Positions 8,429-16,109 of a stretch of 30,585 bases of DNA are shown here, one piece after another (the stretch's first letter is position 1; every line of letters starts with the position of its first letter). Source of the DNA: a virus (lineage: Duplodnaviria > Heunggongvirae > Uroviricota > Caudoviricetes); the IMG/VR virus record IMGVR_UViG_2663763534_000001; one strand, written 5' to 3'. A program made the position numbers and the translations under genes. The notes under the pieces are model-generated. The model saw only the letters and a list, made by a program, of their open reading frames with translations, had not been told where the DNA came from and did not search any database.

Positions 8429-8456
8429 CCCGAGTTTGCCGACTCGGGTTTTTTTT
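8429..8456. terminator. Rho-independent terminator between cB and repA
   Basis: Stem cccgagt/actcggg with 6-nt loop, followed by T8 on the plus strand and tccttttc on the minus strand. Confidence 0.6.
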
Positions 8457-8550
8457 CGTCTTTTTTCTGCTGCTGTAACCTGAGTCAACCCACAGAACAT
8501 ATGCCCTGCATTAAACCAGATTTACAGCAAACAATAAACCCCGTATTAAG

Positions 8551-9147
8551 TCATCTACCCTCAACCATGAATGATTTGATCGTTCCGACTATTTGGTGAA
8601 CAAATTCAAGATCGCTTTTCCTGAAGATGGCGCGTTGTGAGTTTGTTCCATCCAGATAGTAATTTTCATCATCAAAACGGGCCAGGCGCTGGATAGTGAT
8701 ATTTCCTGCAGTATCACGAACCAGAACATCCTCGCCGGGGACCAGTTCCAGCGCAGAATCGACCAGGAGAAAATCGCCTGGCTGATAGTTTCCCTGCGTA
8801 AGATTGCTGATAGTTAACGCATACACAGTATTGCGCTGGCTGATGAATGGCAGGAATCGCTCAGTATTTGGAACCTGTCCCGGCTTCCACTCTTCATCCG
8901 GCCCACTTTCAGTTGTGCCAATAACAGGAATGCGATCAGGGTCATATTCTGTCCCATATAGCACCCAATGCACTGGCTTGCGTAAGCACTTAGCCAGGGC
9001 AATACCTATCTCCAGTGACGGCATTACGTCGCCACGTTCTAAGTTTTGGACGCCTGCTATAGAGATATCGACAGCCTCAGCAACTTCTCGCAACGTCAGC
9101 TTCATCTCTAAACGGCGTGCTTTCAGTCGTTCGCCTCGTGTTTTCAT
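8551..9147 (-). CDS. cB: Prophage repressor, CI/CB-like (HTH XRE N-domain plus LexA/CI-like C-domain)
   Basis: 198-aa ORF with N-terminal HTH (LTLREVAEAVDISIAGVQNLERG) and a CI-like C-terminal fold. Divergent from the cro-like gene across an operator-bearing intergenic region. Confidence 0.8.
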   Translation of the reverse strand: MKTRGERLKARRLEMKLTLREVAEAVDISIAGVQNLERGDVMPSLEIGIALAKCLRKPVHWVLYGTEYDPDRIPVIGTTESGPDEEWKPGQVPNTERFLPFISQRNTVYALTISNLTQGNYQPGDFLLVDSALELVPGEDVLVRDTAGNITIQRLARFDDENYYLDGTNSQRAIFRKSDLEFVHQIVGTIKSFMVEGR

Positions 9148-9169
9148 ACTGTAATCATAAATGATCTTC

Positions 9170-9185
9170 TTATAGCTGGCTATAA
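9170..9185. promoter_or_regulatory. Operator palindrome TTATAGC-TG-GCTATAA (candidate CB/Cro operator, OR site 1)
   Basis: Perfect 7-2-7 inverted repeat in the 91-bp cB-cro intergenic region. Confidence 0.6.
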
Positions 9186-9193
9186 AATTTATT

Positions 9194-9211
9194 TATTATA
9201 GCTGGCTTTAA
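9194..9211. promoter_or_regulatory. Second operator (imperfect copy: ttatagctggcttta) overlapping a TATAAT-like box
   Basis: Repeat of the ttatagctggc half-site 26 bp downstream of site 1. tataat hexamer at 9226..9231. Confidence 0.45.
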
Positions 9212-9238
9212 TTGTTGTTTATTGTTTATAATAACAAC

Positions 9239-9460
9239 ATGAAACCAGAAGAACTTATTCGCCATTTTGGCAGTGTAGAAAAAGCAGCGGCAGGGGTAGG
9301 TGTAACACCCGGAGCTGTTTACCAATGGTTAACCGCTGGAGAGATTCCTTCATTGCGGCAAAGCGATATTGAAGTTCGTACTGCTTATAAGCTGAAGAGT
9401 GACTTTACAACTCGGCGGGTAAAGCAGTCGATTAAGGAGAGTCGTAAGCGTGGAGCTTGA
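9239..9460 (+). CDS. cro: Cro-like HTH regulator
   Basis: 73-aa ORF divergent from cB with an HTH segment (GSVEKAAAGVGVTPGAVYQWLTAGE). ATG at 9239 preferred over the TTG at 9212 given in the ORF track; RBS is weak. Confidence 0.65.
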   Translation: MKPEELIRHFGSVEKAAAGVGVTPGAVYQWLTAGEIPSLRQSDIEVRTAYKLKSDFTTRRVKQSIKESRKRGA

Positions 9461-10160
9461 GTATATACGCAGCTGCGTCTCTACGGCATTGGCTGATGTT
9501 CATTATCGCCAGCGTGGCATTCTGGAGGTCCAGCTTGAGCAGATGCGTCTCGGTAGATCAGGACGGTTTAACAATAAACCAGTCCGGTCAATCAGTGTGG
9601 GGGATGATAACTCATACGAAGTGTCCGTTCCTGCTGAGCCGGTTAGATTCCATCAGGGGAAAACATTTAAACAATCATCAATGTTGCTCACTGATATTGA
9701 TTTTCAGAGCGCCAGCTGGCGCAGGGCTATTGGTCAGTTGAATAACGAGGAATCAGCCTGGCTTTATTATTGCTACGGATGCAAGCCTGATTACAACAAT
9801 GATGTGATTGTTTGTCAGTGGTTATGGCTTGATTTTCTGGTTGCTCATTCGGGGGGCGGCTTTAAAAAAATGAAGGCCTCCACGAAAAAAGCCATGCGGA
9901 AATTGATTTATTACGCGGCACAACAGGTTAAATCAGAACTTACGTGTGCTGAGGCAGTTGATGAGAGAGAACAGGACAGGCATCTGAGTTTTCTACTGAA
10001 TATATCTATTGATAGCTGGAGACAAGATTATAAAGAACGCTGGCTTTTAATTAAGTCGCGATGTCTGAGCTTAAATCGAACCGCATTATTAAATGCGGCG
10101 GAGAAGCGCAGTGAAATCATCAAACGCCATCGGGCAGGAAGTGCCATTCTGCCTTTGTAA
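9450..10160 (+). CDS. Putative late-gene regulator (Q-like antiterminator candidate by position)
   Basis: 236-aa ORF overlapping the cro stop, in the position of N15 Q (cB-cro-Q). No motif confidently recognised; call is by synteny. Confidence 0.35.
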   Translation: MELEYIRSCVSTALADVHYRQRGILEVQLEQMRLGRSGRFNNKPVRSISVGDDNSYEVSVPAEPVRFHQGKTFKQSSMLLTDIDFQSASWRRAIGQLNNEESAWLYYCYGCKPDYNNDVIVCQWLWLDFLVAHSGGGFKKMKASTKKAMRKLIYYAAQQVKSELTCAEAVDEREQDRHLSFLLNISIDSWRQDYKERWLLIKSRCLSLNRTALLNAAEKRSEIIKRHRAGSAILPL

Positions 10161-10413
10161 ACAAGTTATGTTCAGGAAACCGTCGAAGCCAGAATTAAGG
10201 TATTCGGGGGTAAGAAATGAATATGTTATTTGGTGTCCAACTTGTGGTTACAGGACACGACCAGATAGTAATAAGCAGTCTGTAATTGCCGATTGGTATT
10301 TATCAAATCAGCCAGGTAATAAGCATATAGAAAATCTTTGGATTAAGCGTTACTTGGAAATCAGAGGGGGTGCGACCGTGGTCGCACAAGAAAATGAAAA
10401 TAACGCCATTTAA
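10093..10413 (+). CDS. Zinc-ribbon protein, possibly Lar-family (restriction alleviation); start uncertain
   Basis: Contains C.C...WCPTCG Cys pairs typical of small phage zinc ribbons. 5 prime end overlaps the Q-like gene. A sopC-like site lies in its 3 prime end. Confidence 0.3.
   Translation: MRRRSAVKSSNAIGQEVPFCLCKQVMFRKPSKPELRYSGVRNEYVIWCPTCGYRTRPDSNKQSVIADWYLSNQPGNKHIENLWIKRYLEIRGGATVVAQENENNAI
10371..10386. other. sopC-like centromere palindrome TGCGACC-GT-GGTCGCA (copy 2)
   Basis: Perfect 7-2-7 palindrome identical to the other copies apart from centre orientation. Confidence 0.6.
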
Positions 10414-10423
10414 GCAGGGGCCG

Positions 10424-10597
10424 ATGACGCATGATGAAGCAGAGCGTCTTTCAGATACTTATCGGCGGCGTGGTAAGAAAGTTCTGGTTGTTCGTTCTGA
10501 TTTTTTAGGTGATGGATATTGCGTTTATGTTCATTTACCTGAATCAGAAAGAACGCCAAAACCATCCAGAACATATCAACAGAAAATTTGGGTATAG
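10424..10597 (+). CDS. Hypothetical small protein (57 aa)
   Basis: ORF following the zinc-ribbon gene. Start chosen at the ATG after the upstream stop; weak RBS. Confidence 0.25.
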   Translation: MTHDEAERLSDTYRRRGKKVLVVRSDFLGDGYCVYVHLPESERTPKPSRTYQQKIWV

Positions 10598-10620
10598 ATA
10601 AACGTTGAGGAGAATTATTC

Positions 10621-11220
10621 GTGACTAATCAGATTATTTACGACAGGAAACGGTCTGATGTAATGATTGACCTTGAAACAATGGGTACTAACACATGTGC
10701 TCCAATTGTTTCTATCGGGGCAGTGTTTTTTTCTCCAGAAAGTGAGGAATTAGGTCCTACTTTTTATGTGCCAGTGAATCTCAGAAGCTCGATGTTGAAT
10801 GGTGGTATCGCCGATGGTGATACCATTTTATGGTGGTTGAAACAGAGCAAGGAAGCCAGAGCCGCTATTTGTACTAATGATGCCCTTGATATTAAGGATG
10901 CACTTTTTGAATTATCACACTTTATTACTTGCCATGCATGTAATTTAAAAAAGTTGAAAGTATGGGGAAATGGAGCAACGTTCGATAATGTAATTTTACG
11001 CGGTGCTTATGAGCGCGTTGGCTTAGCCTGTCCGTGGGAATATTTTAATGATCAGGATGTTCGAACAATCGTTAATCTTGGTCAGTTTATTGGTTTTAAT
11101 CCTAAAAAAGATATGCCATTTGATGGCGAACGACACAATGCCCTGGCTGATGCTATTCATCAGGCTAAATATGTATCCGCAATTTTCTCCCGTCTTGTAA
11201 AAGGGCAAGGAGAATCGTAA
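10621..11220 (+). CDS. DnaQ-like (DEDD) 3 prime-5 prime exonuclease
   Basis: GTG start after RBS gaggag. N-terminal motif MIDLETMGT resembles the Exo I motif (D.E) of DnaQ/RNase T-like exonucleases, with a conserved HNALADA-like motif near the C-terminus. Confidence 0.6.
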   Translation: MTNQIIYDRKRSDVMIDLETMGTNTCAPIVSIGAVFFSPESEELGPTFYVPVNLRSSMLNGGIADGDTILWWLKQSKEARAAICTNDALDIKDALFELSHFITCHACNLKKLKVWGNGATFDNVILRGAYERVGLACPWEYFNDQDVRTIVNLGQFIGFNPKKDMPFDGERHNALADAIHQAKYVSAIFSRLVKGQGES

Positions 11221-11639
11221 TGGCAAAGGCTTTTACACCAGAACAGAGGGAAGAACTGAATAAACAAATTGTGGAACTCGTGCGCCTGAATGGACGAGGA
11301 ACGGTTAGGCAACTTGCGGATGAAACTGGTATTAGCCGGTGTGCTGTTAGTCGTTTATCAAGAGAGCTTGCTGCCAGTGGTGATTTGTATATCTCTGGCT
11401 CCGGGATATTTCTGTCTGCACAAGCACGCAAGGACTGGCAAAACGCCCGTAAAAAACTATCAAGAGTAAAGCCGAAGAAATCGGTAGTTGTTGATCCTGA
11501 CCTTATCTGGTCATTACCTGATGGAGAAATACGTCGTTATGACAGGCGCTTGAACATGATTTGTCACGATTGTCGGAAGAGCGAAGTTATGCAGCGTGTG
11601 TTGGCGTTTTATCAGGGAAATTTTCAGGAGGTGGCGTAG
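11220..11639 (+). CDS. Hypothetical HTH/winged-helix protein (139 aa)
   Basis: ATG overlaps the exonuclease stop. HTH-like segment VRQLADETGISRCAVSRLSREL. Confidence 0.5.
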   Translation: MAKAFTPEQREELNKQIVELVRLNGRGTVRQLADETGISRCAVSRLSRELAASGDLYISGSGIFLSAQARKDWQNARKKLSRVKPKKSVVVDPDLIWSLPDGEIRRYDRRLNMICHDCRKSEVMQRVLAFYQGNFQEVA

Positions 11640-11925
11640 TGAATATCGACACCACGATAACGATCGATACGGCCCTAAATACCGGTCTGGCACTTCTCGG
11701 TTGGTTTTACATCATGTTCAGTGCGGGGAAGTGAGCGGCCTCTGTTTTTCTAAAGCAGTGGGGAAAGCGCCGCAAACAGGAAAAACGCCAGAAAGCGTTG
11801 GAGGCGTTCTATGACGCATTTGAACTTAGCCGCATTGAGCCAGGCACAACAGCCAAGATAGCGACAAAAGGCGACCTGATGATAGTGATGTTCCGACAGG
11901 AGAGAGCAGAGAAAGGTGAATCAGC

Positions 11926-12600
11926 ATGAAATTTTCTAAATTTTCTGAGTTGGTGAATCGTATTTTGTTGAATCGTATTTTGTCCAACAACCACAGCGAT
12001 CGTCGCGATATGGATGTAACGATCGTTGTTCATTCGCCTGGCAGCATTGGTTCAACACCTTCAGTTGAGGTTCAGTCAATTCACGCTGGTTTTGATTGGG
12101 ATTCCGGGAAAGTGCTGATTTTCCCAGCACAGCCACTGACCACGCTAACACCAGAACAGATTACTGATATCACGGATAGTGTGCGCAAAGGTCAGTCTTG
12201 GCACGCATATCAGGAATACAAGAAGCATAAAGAGCAGTTGGAAAAATTGTCGATTGAGTTGGAATCAGCCAAAAATCACATAGCAGAACTGGAAGCCAAA
12301 CCTGTAAGCCAAACTTACAAGTTAACTTTTGAGCAATGGCTGGAACAGCAGCATGACAAAATTGATGTTGATTGTGGATGTGTAAGTACAGAAATGCTTA
12401 TGCACTGGATAAGGGTCGCGTATGAGGCTGGCAACTCTCCGGTAACTCCGGATGGTCATATTCAGTTTTCTGTTTCACTTCCTGCAGCATGTGGTGGAGA
12501 TAAATATTTTATTGATGGTGTATTTCAACCTTTGAGATATGAGCGTGACTGTGAAAAAGCGGTTGTGGCCGCTGGCGGTGTAGTTAATTGGGTTAAGTAA
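11926..12600 (+). CDS. Hypothetical protein (224 aa)
   Basis: ORF with RBS aaaggtg. Contains a coiled-coil-like segment (KHKEQLEKLSIELESAKNHIAELEA). Confidence 0.5.
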   Translation: MKFSKFSELVNRILLNRILSNNHSDRRDMDVTIVVHSPGSIGSTPSVEVQSIHAGFDWDSGKVLIFPAQPLTTLTPEQITDITDSVRKGQSWHAYQEYKKHKEQLEKLSIELESAKNHIAELEAKPVSQTYKLTFEQWLEQQHDKIDVDCGCVSTEMLMHWIRVAYEAGNSPVTPDGHIQFSVSLPAACGGDKYFIDGVFQPLRYERDCEKAVVAAGGVVNWVK

Positions 12601-12615
12601 TTTTCAGGAGGATTT

Positions 12616-12942
12616 ATGGCGCTGACAGCTGCAGAACGGCAAAGGAGACGCAGGGAACGGTTGAAGAAGGAAGGCACATCAAGACGGGACTGGATTCTGG
12701 AACCTGACGAGCTACGTATGTTGGGGGAAATTTGTGTATTGCGTAGACCGGGACGAGTTCCATATTCAGAGAATGAAGTCATCGGTCTGCTGATCAGGAA
12801 AAACTATAAGGAGCTGCAGAAGCAGCTATCTACTACTTGCCCGCGATGTGGTCAGAAAATGCCTGTTTCAGAATGTATTTTTGATGGTGAAGGCTCATGT
12901 CACCTTACAACTACGAGGCTGAAACTTGTGCTCAAAGTGTGA
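12616..12942 (+). CDS. Hypothetical basic protein with C-terminal CPRCG zinc-ribbon-like motif (108 aa)
   Basis: ORF with RBS caggagg 6 nt upstream. Arg-rich N-terminus (AERQRRRRERLKKEG). Confidence 0.45.
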   Translation: MALTAAERQRRRRERLKKEGTSRRDWILEPDELRMLGEICVLRRPGRVPYSENEVIGLLIRKNYKELQKQLSTTCPRCGQKMPVSECIFDGEGSCHLTTTRLKLVLKV

Positions 12943-12950
12943 CTGGTCAC
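12939..12950. repeat. Palindrome GTGAC-TG-GTCAC (third copy of the GTGAC-N2-GTCAC family)
   Basis: 12-bp perfect palindrome overlapping the stop codon of the 108-aa gene. Confidence 0.4.
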
Positions 12951-13118
12951 GGAATGATAAATAAACAAAAAGGCATAGTTTTTGAAATGATGAGAAAACG
13001 AAGCGAAAAGAGTTTTTCTTATGGTGATGATGGGCTTCTGTAGGTGGTTGAGTGAGGCGTAGGAAGAGAACATAAGTATCGGACTACAAAGCTATTAACC
13101 CTGTTAATCCATTGAAAG

Positions 13119-13133
13119 TTGGCTATAAAATTT
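13119..13133 (+). promoter_or_regulatory. Promoter/operator-like element sharing 14 nt (TGGCTATAAAATTT) with the cB-cro operator region
   Basis: Exact 14-mer match to 9177..9190, including the operator half-site GCTATAA and a TATAAAAT box. Lies ~50 bp upstream of the 13184 ORF. Confidence 0.35.
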
Positions 13134-13183
13134 GAGTTTTACCCTGTAATTTTATACAGTATCAAATAACCTTTTTTAATTAA

Positions 13184-13402
13184 ATGGTATTAGATTCAAT
13201 GACTGAAGCATCTGTATCAACTCTTGAAGAACTCGGATCAAACCTAAAAGACATCGACGCCGTTTTGGATCTGGTTAGCGTTGCTCTGGCTTCTCCCGAA
13301 GCTAGCTTGCATCTTGGCGAGATTTCACGGCTTGTTAGTATGTCGCGGGAGATTGCTCAGAATTGCCAACAAGCGATTGCTGTGGAGTGTTTACATCATT
13401 GA
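13184..13402 (+). CDS. Hypothetical small acidic protein (72 aa)
   Basis: ORF in an AT-rich region downstream of the promoter-like element. Confidence 0.35.
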   Translation: MVLDSMTEASVSTLEELGSNLKDIDAVLDLVSVALASPEASLHLGEISRLVSMSREIAQNCQQAIAVECLHH

Positions 13403-13406
13403 TACA

Positions 13407-13430
13407 CACCCCGCCCTTCTGGACGGGGTG
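13407..13430. terminator. Hairpin between convergent genes (candidate bidirectional terminator)
   Basis: 7-bp GC-rich stem caccccg/cggggtg with 10-nt loop. U-tracts are weak on both strands. Confidence 0.3.
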
Positions 13431-13445
13431 GTGAAAAGTGATTAA

Positions 13446-13733
13446 TCAATAGACGGCATTAATATTAATTGTTGCGCCACATGCTTGGGCATATTTTGAT
13501 AAAGTTTTCATGCTTGCCCCTAAAGGATTGCTTTCCAGGCGGCTGATGGCGGACGGGCGCAATCCCATTCGTTCTGCCAGAGCTGACTTCGTTAAACCTG
13601 CTCTTTCCCTCATTTCGTATAACATTTCGACCATCTCCAGTTCTTTATCGGCCTCTTCATATCCTTTGATAGCTTCTGGAGTGTTGAGTAGTTTTTCCTT
13701 TACTTCGTTAAACGGGATGCCTTTTGCTTTCAT
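13446..13733 (-). CDS. HTH XRE-family antitoxin (HigA-like)
   Basis: 95-aa ORF with HTH (LTKSALAERMGLRPSAISRLE). Start overlaps the toxin stop (ATGA) and it lies downstream of the toxin, i.e. HigBA-type order. Confidence 0.7.
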   Translation of the reverse strand: MKAKGIPFNEVKEKLLNTPEAIKGYEEADKELEMVEMLYEMRERAGLTKSALAERMGLRPSAISRLESNPLGASMKTLSKYAQACGATININAVY

Positions 13734-14044
13734 CAGTTCATCTCCTTCAGGCGAGTTCTGGCGATTTCTATAGCCTTTACTGGTGTTTTCTGTGTCTTTT
13801 TTACAAATGCATGCAATAGATAAATTTCGTTACCAGTCGCGTAGGCGTATAGCGTTCTTGCGATGTTTTTATCCCCTACTCTTAGTTCAAAGAGTCCTCC
13901 GCCTATTACACGGCTATGGGGCATCTTAAGTTTGTTTCCCTCTTTCTCCAGTCGTTCAATTAGCCTGGTCATGCGACCTCGCAGATCGTCTGGTAGTTCA
14001 AGCAGTTCATCCAGTGCTGCAGGGTGGGTTATCACGTTAAACAT
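13733..14044 (-). CDS. RelE/HigB-superfamily toxin of the phage Gp49-like family
   Basis: ATG at 14044 with RBS ggagg. 103-aa protein (MFNVITHPAALDEL...YLLHAFVKKTQKTP) typical of Gp49-like/HigB toxins. Coupled to the downstream HTH antitoxin. Confidence 0.7.
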   Translation of the reverse strand: MFNVITHPAALDELLELPDDLRGRMTRLIERLEKEGNKLKMPHSRVIGGGLFELRVGDKNIARTLYAYATGNEIYLLHAFVKKTQKTPVKAIEIARTRLKEMN

Positions 14045-14102
14045 ATTATAGCCTCCTAACGCGCAAAATACACCAAAACGAGAAAACAAAGCAAATATAA
14101 AA

Positions 14103-14120
14103 TTTCACTAAAAAGTGAAA
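14103..14120. promoter_or_regulatory. Inverted repeat TTTCAC-N6-GTGAAA in the toxin-antitoxin promoter region (candidate autoregulatory operator)
   Basis: 6-bp arms around taaaaa, ~60 bp upstream of the toxin start, in the divergent intergenic region. Confidence 0.4.
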
Positions 14121-14207
14121 ATAACACTGGATGTGTTCTTTTGGCAGAGTTACAGTTCGTGTTGTTGAGGGGGATAACCCACTAACTATATGAATTTCGA
14201 GGATATT

Positions 14208-14429
14208 ATGAATTATCAAGGTAACGAAAAAATGCGCGGCGACGTTGCGGAGATAGCTAACGAATTGTATGAGTTGTGGCAGAAGGTTGAACGTTTCGAA
14301 AAGGAATATGGTTTCAACAGTACCAACCTGACAGACCGACTGGCTGGCCGCTTAATTGGGACTATGGGGCCAAAACTGGCTGAGTTGAACCGCTTTATGG
14401 CTGATGTTGATTTCCAGTTTCAAGATTGA
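14208..14429 (+). CDS. Hypothetical protein (73 aa)
   Basis: ATG at 14208 with RBS gagg 5 nt upstream. The ORF track gives an earlier ATG at 14190. Confidence 0.4.
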   Translation: MNYQGNEKMRGDVAEIANELYELWQKVERFEKEYGFNSTNLTDRLAGRLIGTMGPKLAELNRFMADVDFQFQD

Positions 14430-14442
14430 TTAGAGAGGCGTT

Positions 14443-14670
14443 ATGAATATTAATGAAATTCGTGGAAATATGACCGAAGCGGCCCTGAGTGTGGAATGTG
14501 TTATGCGTGGATATCCACGCATTTCCTTGAAAGAGTTAAGCGAAGCCTGTTTTTTGAGTCAGGCTGCCGTTGAATTTATCATCGAACAGATGATCTGTTT
14601 TGGGGTTGCAAAGCGTAGCGGGTCTGGTCGATATTCTTTGACCGATGAATATAAGCAGGCAACTTTCTAA
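14443..14670 (+). CDS. Hypothetical protein (75 aa)
   Basis: ORF with RBS gagagg. Followed immediately by a sopC-like site and a terminator. Confidence 0.45.
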   Translation: MNINEIRGNMTEAALSVECVMRGYPRISLKELSEACFLSQAAVEFIIEQMICFGVAKRSGSGRYSLTDEYKQATF

Positions 14671-14673
14671 AAA

Positions 14674-14695
14674 CTGTGCGACCACGGTCGCACAG
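14674..14695. other. sopC-like centromere palindrome (copy 3), extended 22-bp form CTGTGCGACC-AC-GGTCGCACAG
   Basis: Perfect 10-2-10 palindrome; core TGCGACCACGGTCGCA at 14677..14692. Confidence 0.6.
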
Positions 14696-14779
14696 CACAA
14701 AAACGAAAAAGCTTGGCAAAATGACGGTTTTTAGTTATTGTTTTGTTAAGTTGGGTTTTTTGTACCCAATAGCCAACAA

Positions 14780-14802
14780 GCCGCCTTTATGGCGGTTTTT
14801 TT
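14780..14802 (+). terminator. Rho-independent terminator
   Basis: Stem gccgcc/ggcggt with loop tttat, followed by T7. Confidence 0.6.
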
Positions 14803-14937
14803 GTGCCTGAAAAGTGGGCGCAGGACAAGTTGCAGCTTGTCCTGCGGTCAACCCATGCCAGAGCTATAGGCTGAACCTAAAGCCCACCCGCGATGCGCAT
14901 CGCTGGGTTAGCTTACCCAGGCAAAAAAATAATAGCT

Positions 14938-16014
14938 ATGTTCAAAACCACTAATATTCATGGCGCACAACTCGTTTGCGCAGATTCTCTGCAATTTATC
15001 AAAACCATCCCTGATAACTCGGTCAATTTGATTGCAACAGACCCACCATACTTCGGCGTAAAGGCTAACGCATGGGATAACCAGTGGGATAGCGATGCTG
15101 ACTTTTTGGGGTGGATTGACGAATTTTTGGCAGAATTTTGGCGGATATTGGCCCCTAATGGCAGCCTGTATATGTTTACCGGCTCTCGCCTTGCGTCAAA
15201 AATTGAATTATTAACTCGCGACCGTTTCAATGTTCTGAACCATATCATTTGGGCTAAACCCAGTGGTATGTGGCGCGGTTGTCATAAAGAAAGTTTAAGG
15301 GCTTATTTTCCTGCTACTGAAAGAATATTATTTGCAGAGCATTACGGCGCGTCAGGTTATGCTAAAGGTCAGTCAGGTTATGCTTCAAAATGTGCAGATT
15401 TAAGAAAAAATATTTTTTCTCCACTAATTGATGCTTTTTCGCTGGCTCGCCGTCAGTTAGATATATCAGCCGCAGACATTAATTCAGCGACAGGAAAGCA
15501 GATGTGTTCACACTGGTTTTCTTATTCGCAGTGGCGGCTTCCATCATTAATTGATTTTAATAAAATATGCGAATTATTTCGCAGGAAGGCAGATTCACTC
15601 GGTGTCCCGTGTCCATATCCTTTTAATGTTGATTATTCAGAACATGAAAAGCGTTATAGCGATCTGAAATTGCATTATGAGGAAGTAAAGAAGCAGTATG
15701 ATGATTTGAAGGCTCAGTATGAAAGTTTACGCCGTCCATTTCATGTTACTGCTGATGTACCTTATACCGATGTATGGGAGTTTCCTCCTGTGCAATATTA
15801 TCCTGGCAAGCACCCATGTGAAAAACCTGCAGCGATGATGGAACATATTATAAAGAGTAGTTCACGCCCCGGAGATATCGTTGCCGATTTCTTTATGGGA
15901 TCAGGCTCAACTATTAAAGCTGCGCTGAAGTTAGGACGTCAGGCAATAGGTATTGAGATTGAGGGCGAGCGTTATCTTCAGACAGTTGATGAAGTGAAAA
16001 AGTTATTTGAGTAA
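14938..16014 (+). CDS. Orphan DNA methyltransferase (N6-adenine or N4-cytosine; DPPY motif IV before FxGxG motif I)
   Basis: Catalytic DPPY (IATDPPYFG) near the N-terminus and the SAM-binding motif FFMGSGST near the C-terminus. No restriction endonuclease gene is adjacent. Start could be 14893 or 14938. Confidence 0.7.
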   Translation: MFKTTNIHGAQLVCADSLQFIKTIPDNSVNLIATDPPYFGVKANAWDNQWDSDADFLGWIDEFLAEFWRILAPNGSLYMFTGSRLASKIELLTRDRFNVLNHIIWAKPSGMWRGCHKESLRAYFPATERILFAEHYGASGYAKGQSGYASKCADLRKNIFSPLIDAFSLARRQLDISAADINSATGKQMCSHWFSYSQWRLPSLIDFNKICELFRRKADSLGVPCPYPFNVDYSEHEKRYSDLKLHYEEVKKQYDDLKAQYESLRRPFHVTADVPYTDVWEFPPVQYYPGKHPCEKPAAMMEHIIKSSSRPGDIVADFFMGSGSTIKAALKLGRQAIGIEIEGERYLQTVDEVKKLFE

Positions 16015-16028
16015 CTGGAGAATATATT

Positions 16029-16057
16029 CCCCTGCCGTTTTTGGTAGGGGTTATTTT
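16029..16057 (+). terminator. Rho-independent terminator after the methyltransferase gene
   Basis: Stem cccctgcc/ggtagggg with loop gttttt, followed by ttatttt. Confidence 0.5.
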
Positions 16058-16109
16058 CACCATATAGTTTCCAAGCCGAAACCTCAGCAACTATTGCGAG
16101 GTAAGAGAT

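Noticed and set aside
11596-11814. 72-aa ORF overlapping the end of the 139-aa HTH gene
   Set aside because: Out-of-frame overlap with no RBS. A short RBS-supported ORF (11639..11734) is a better candidate in this interval.
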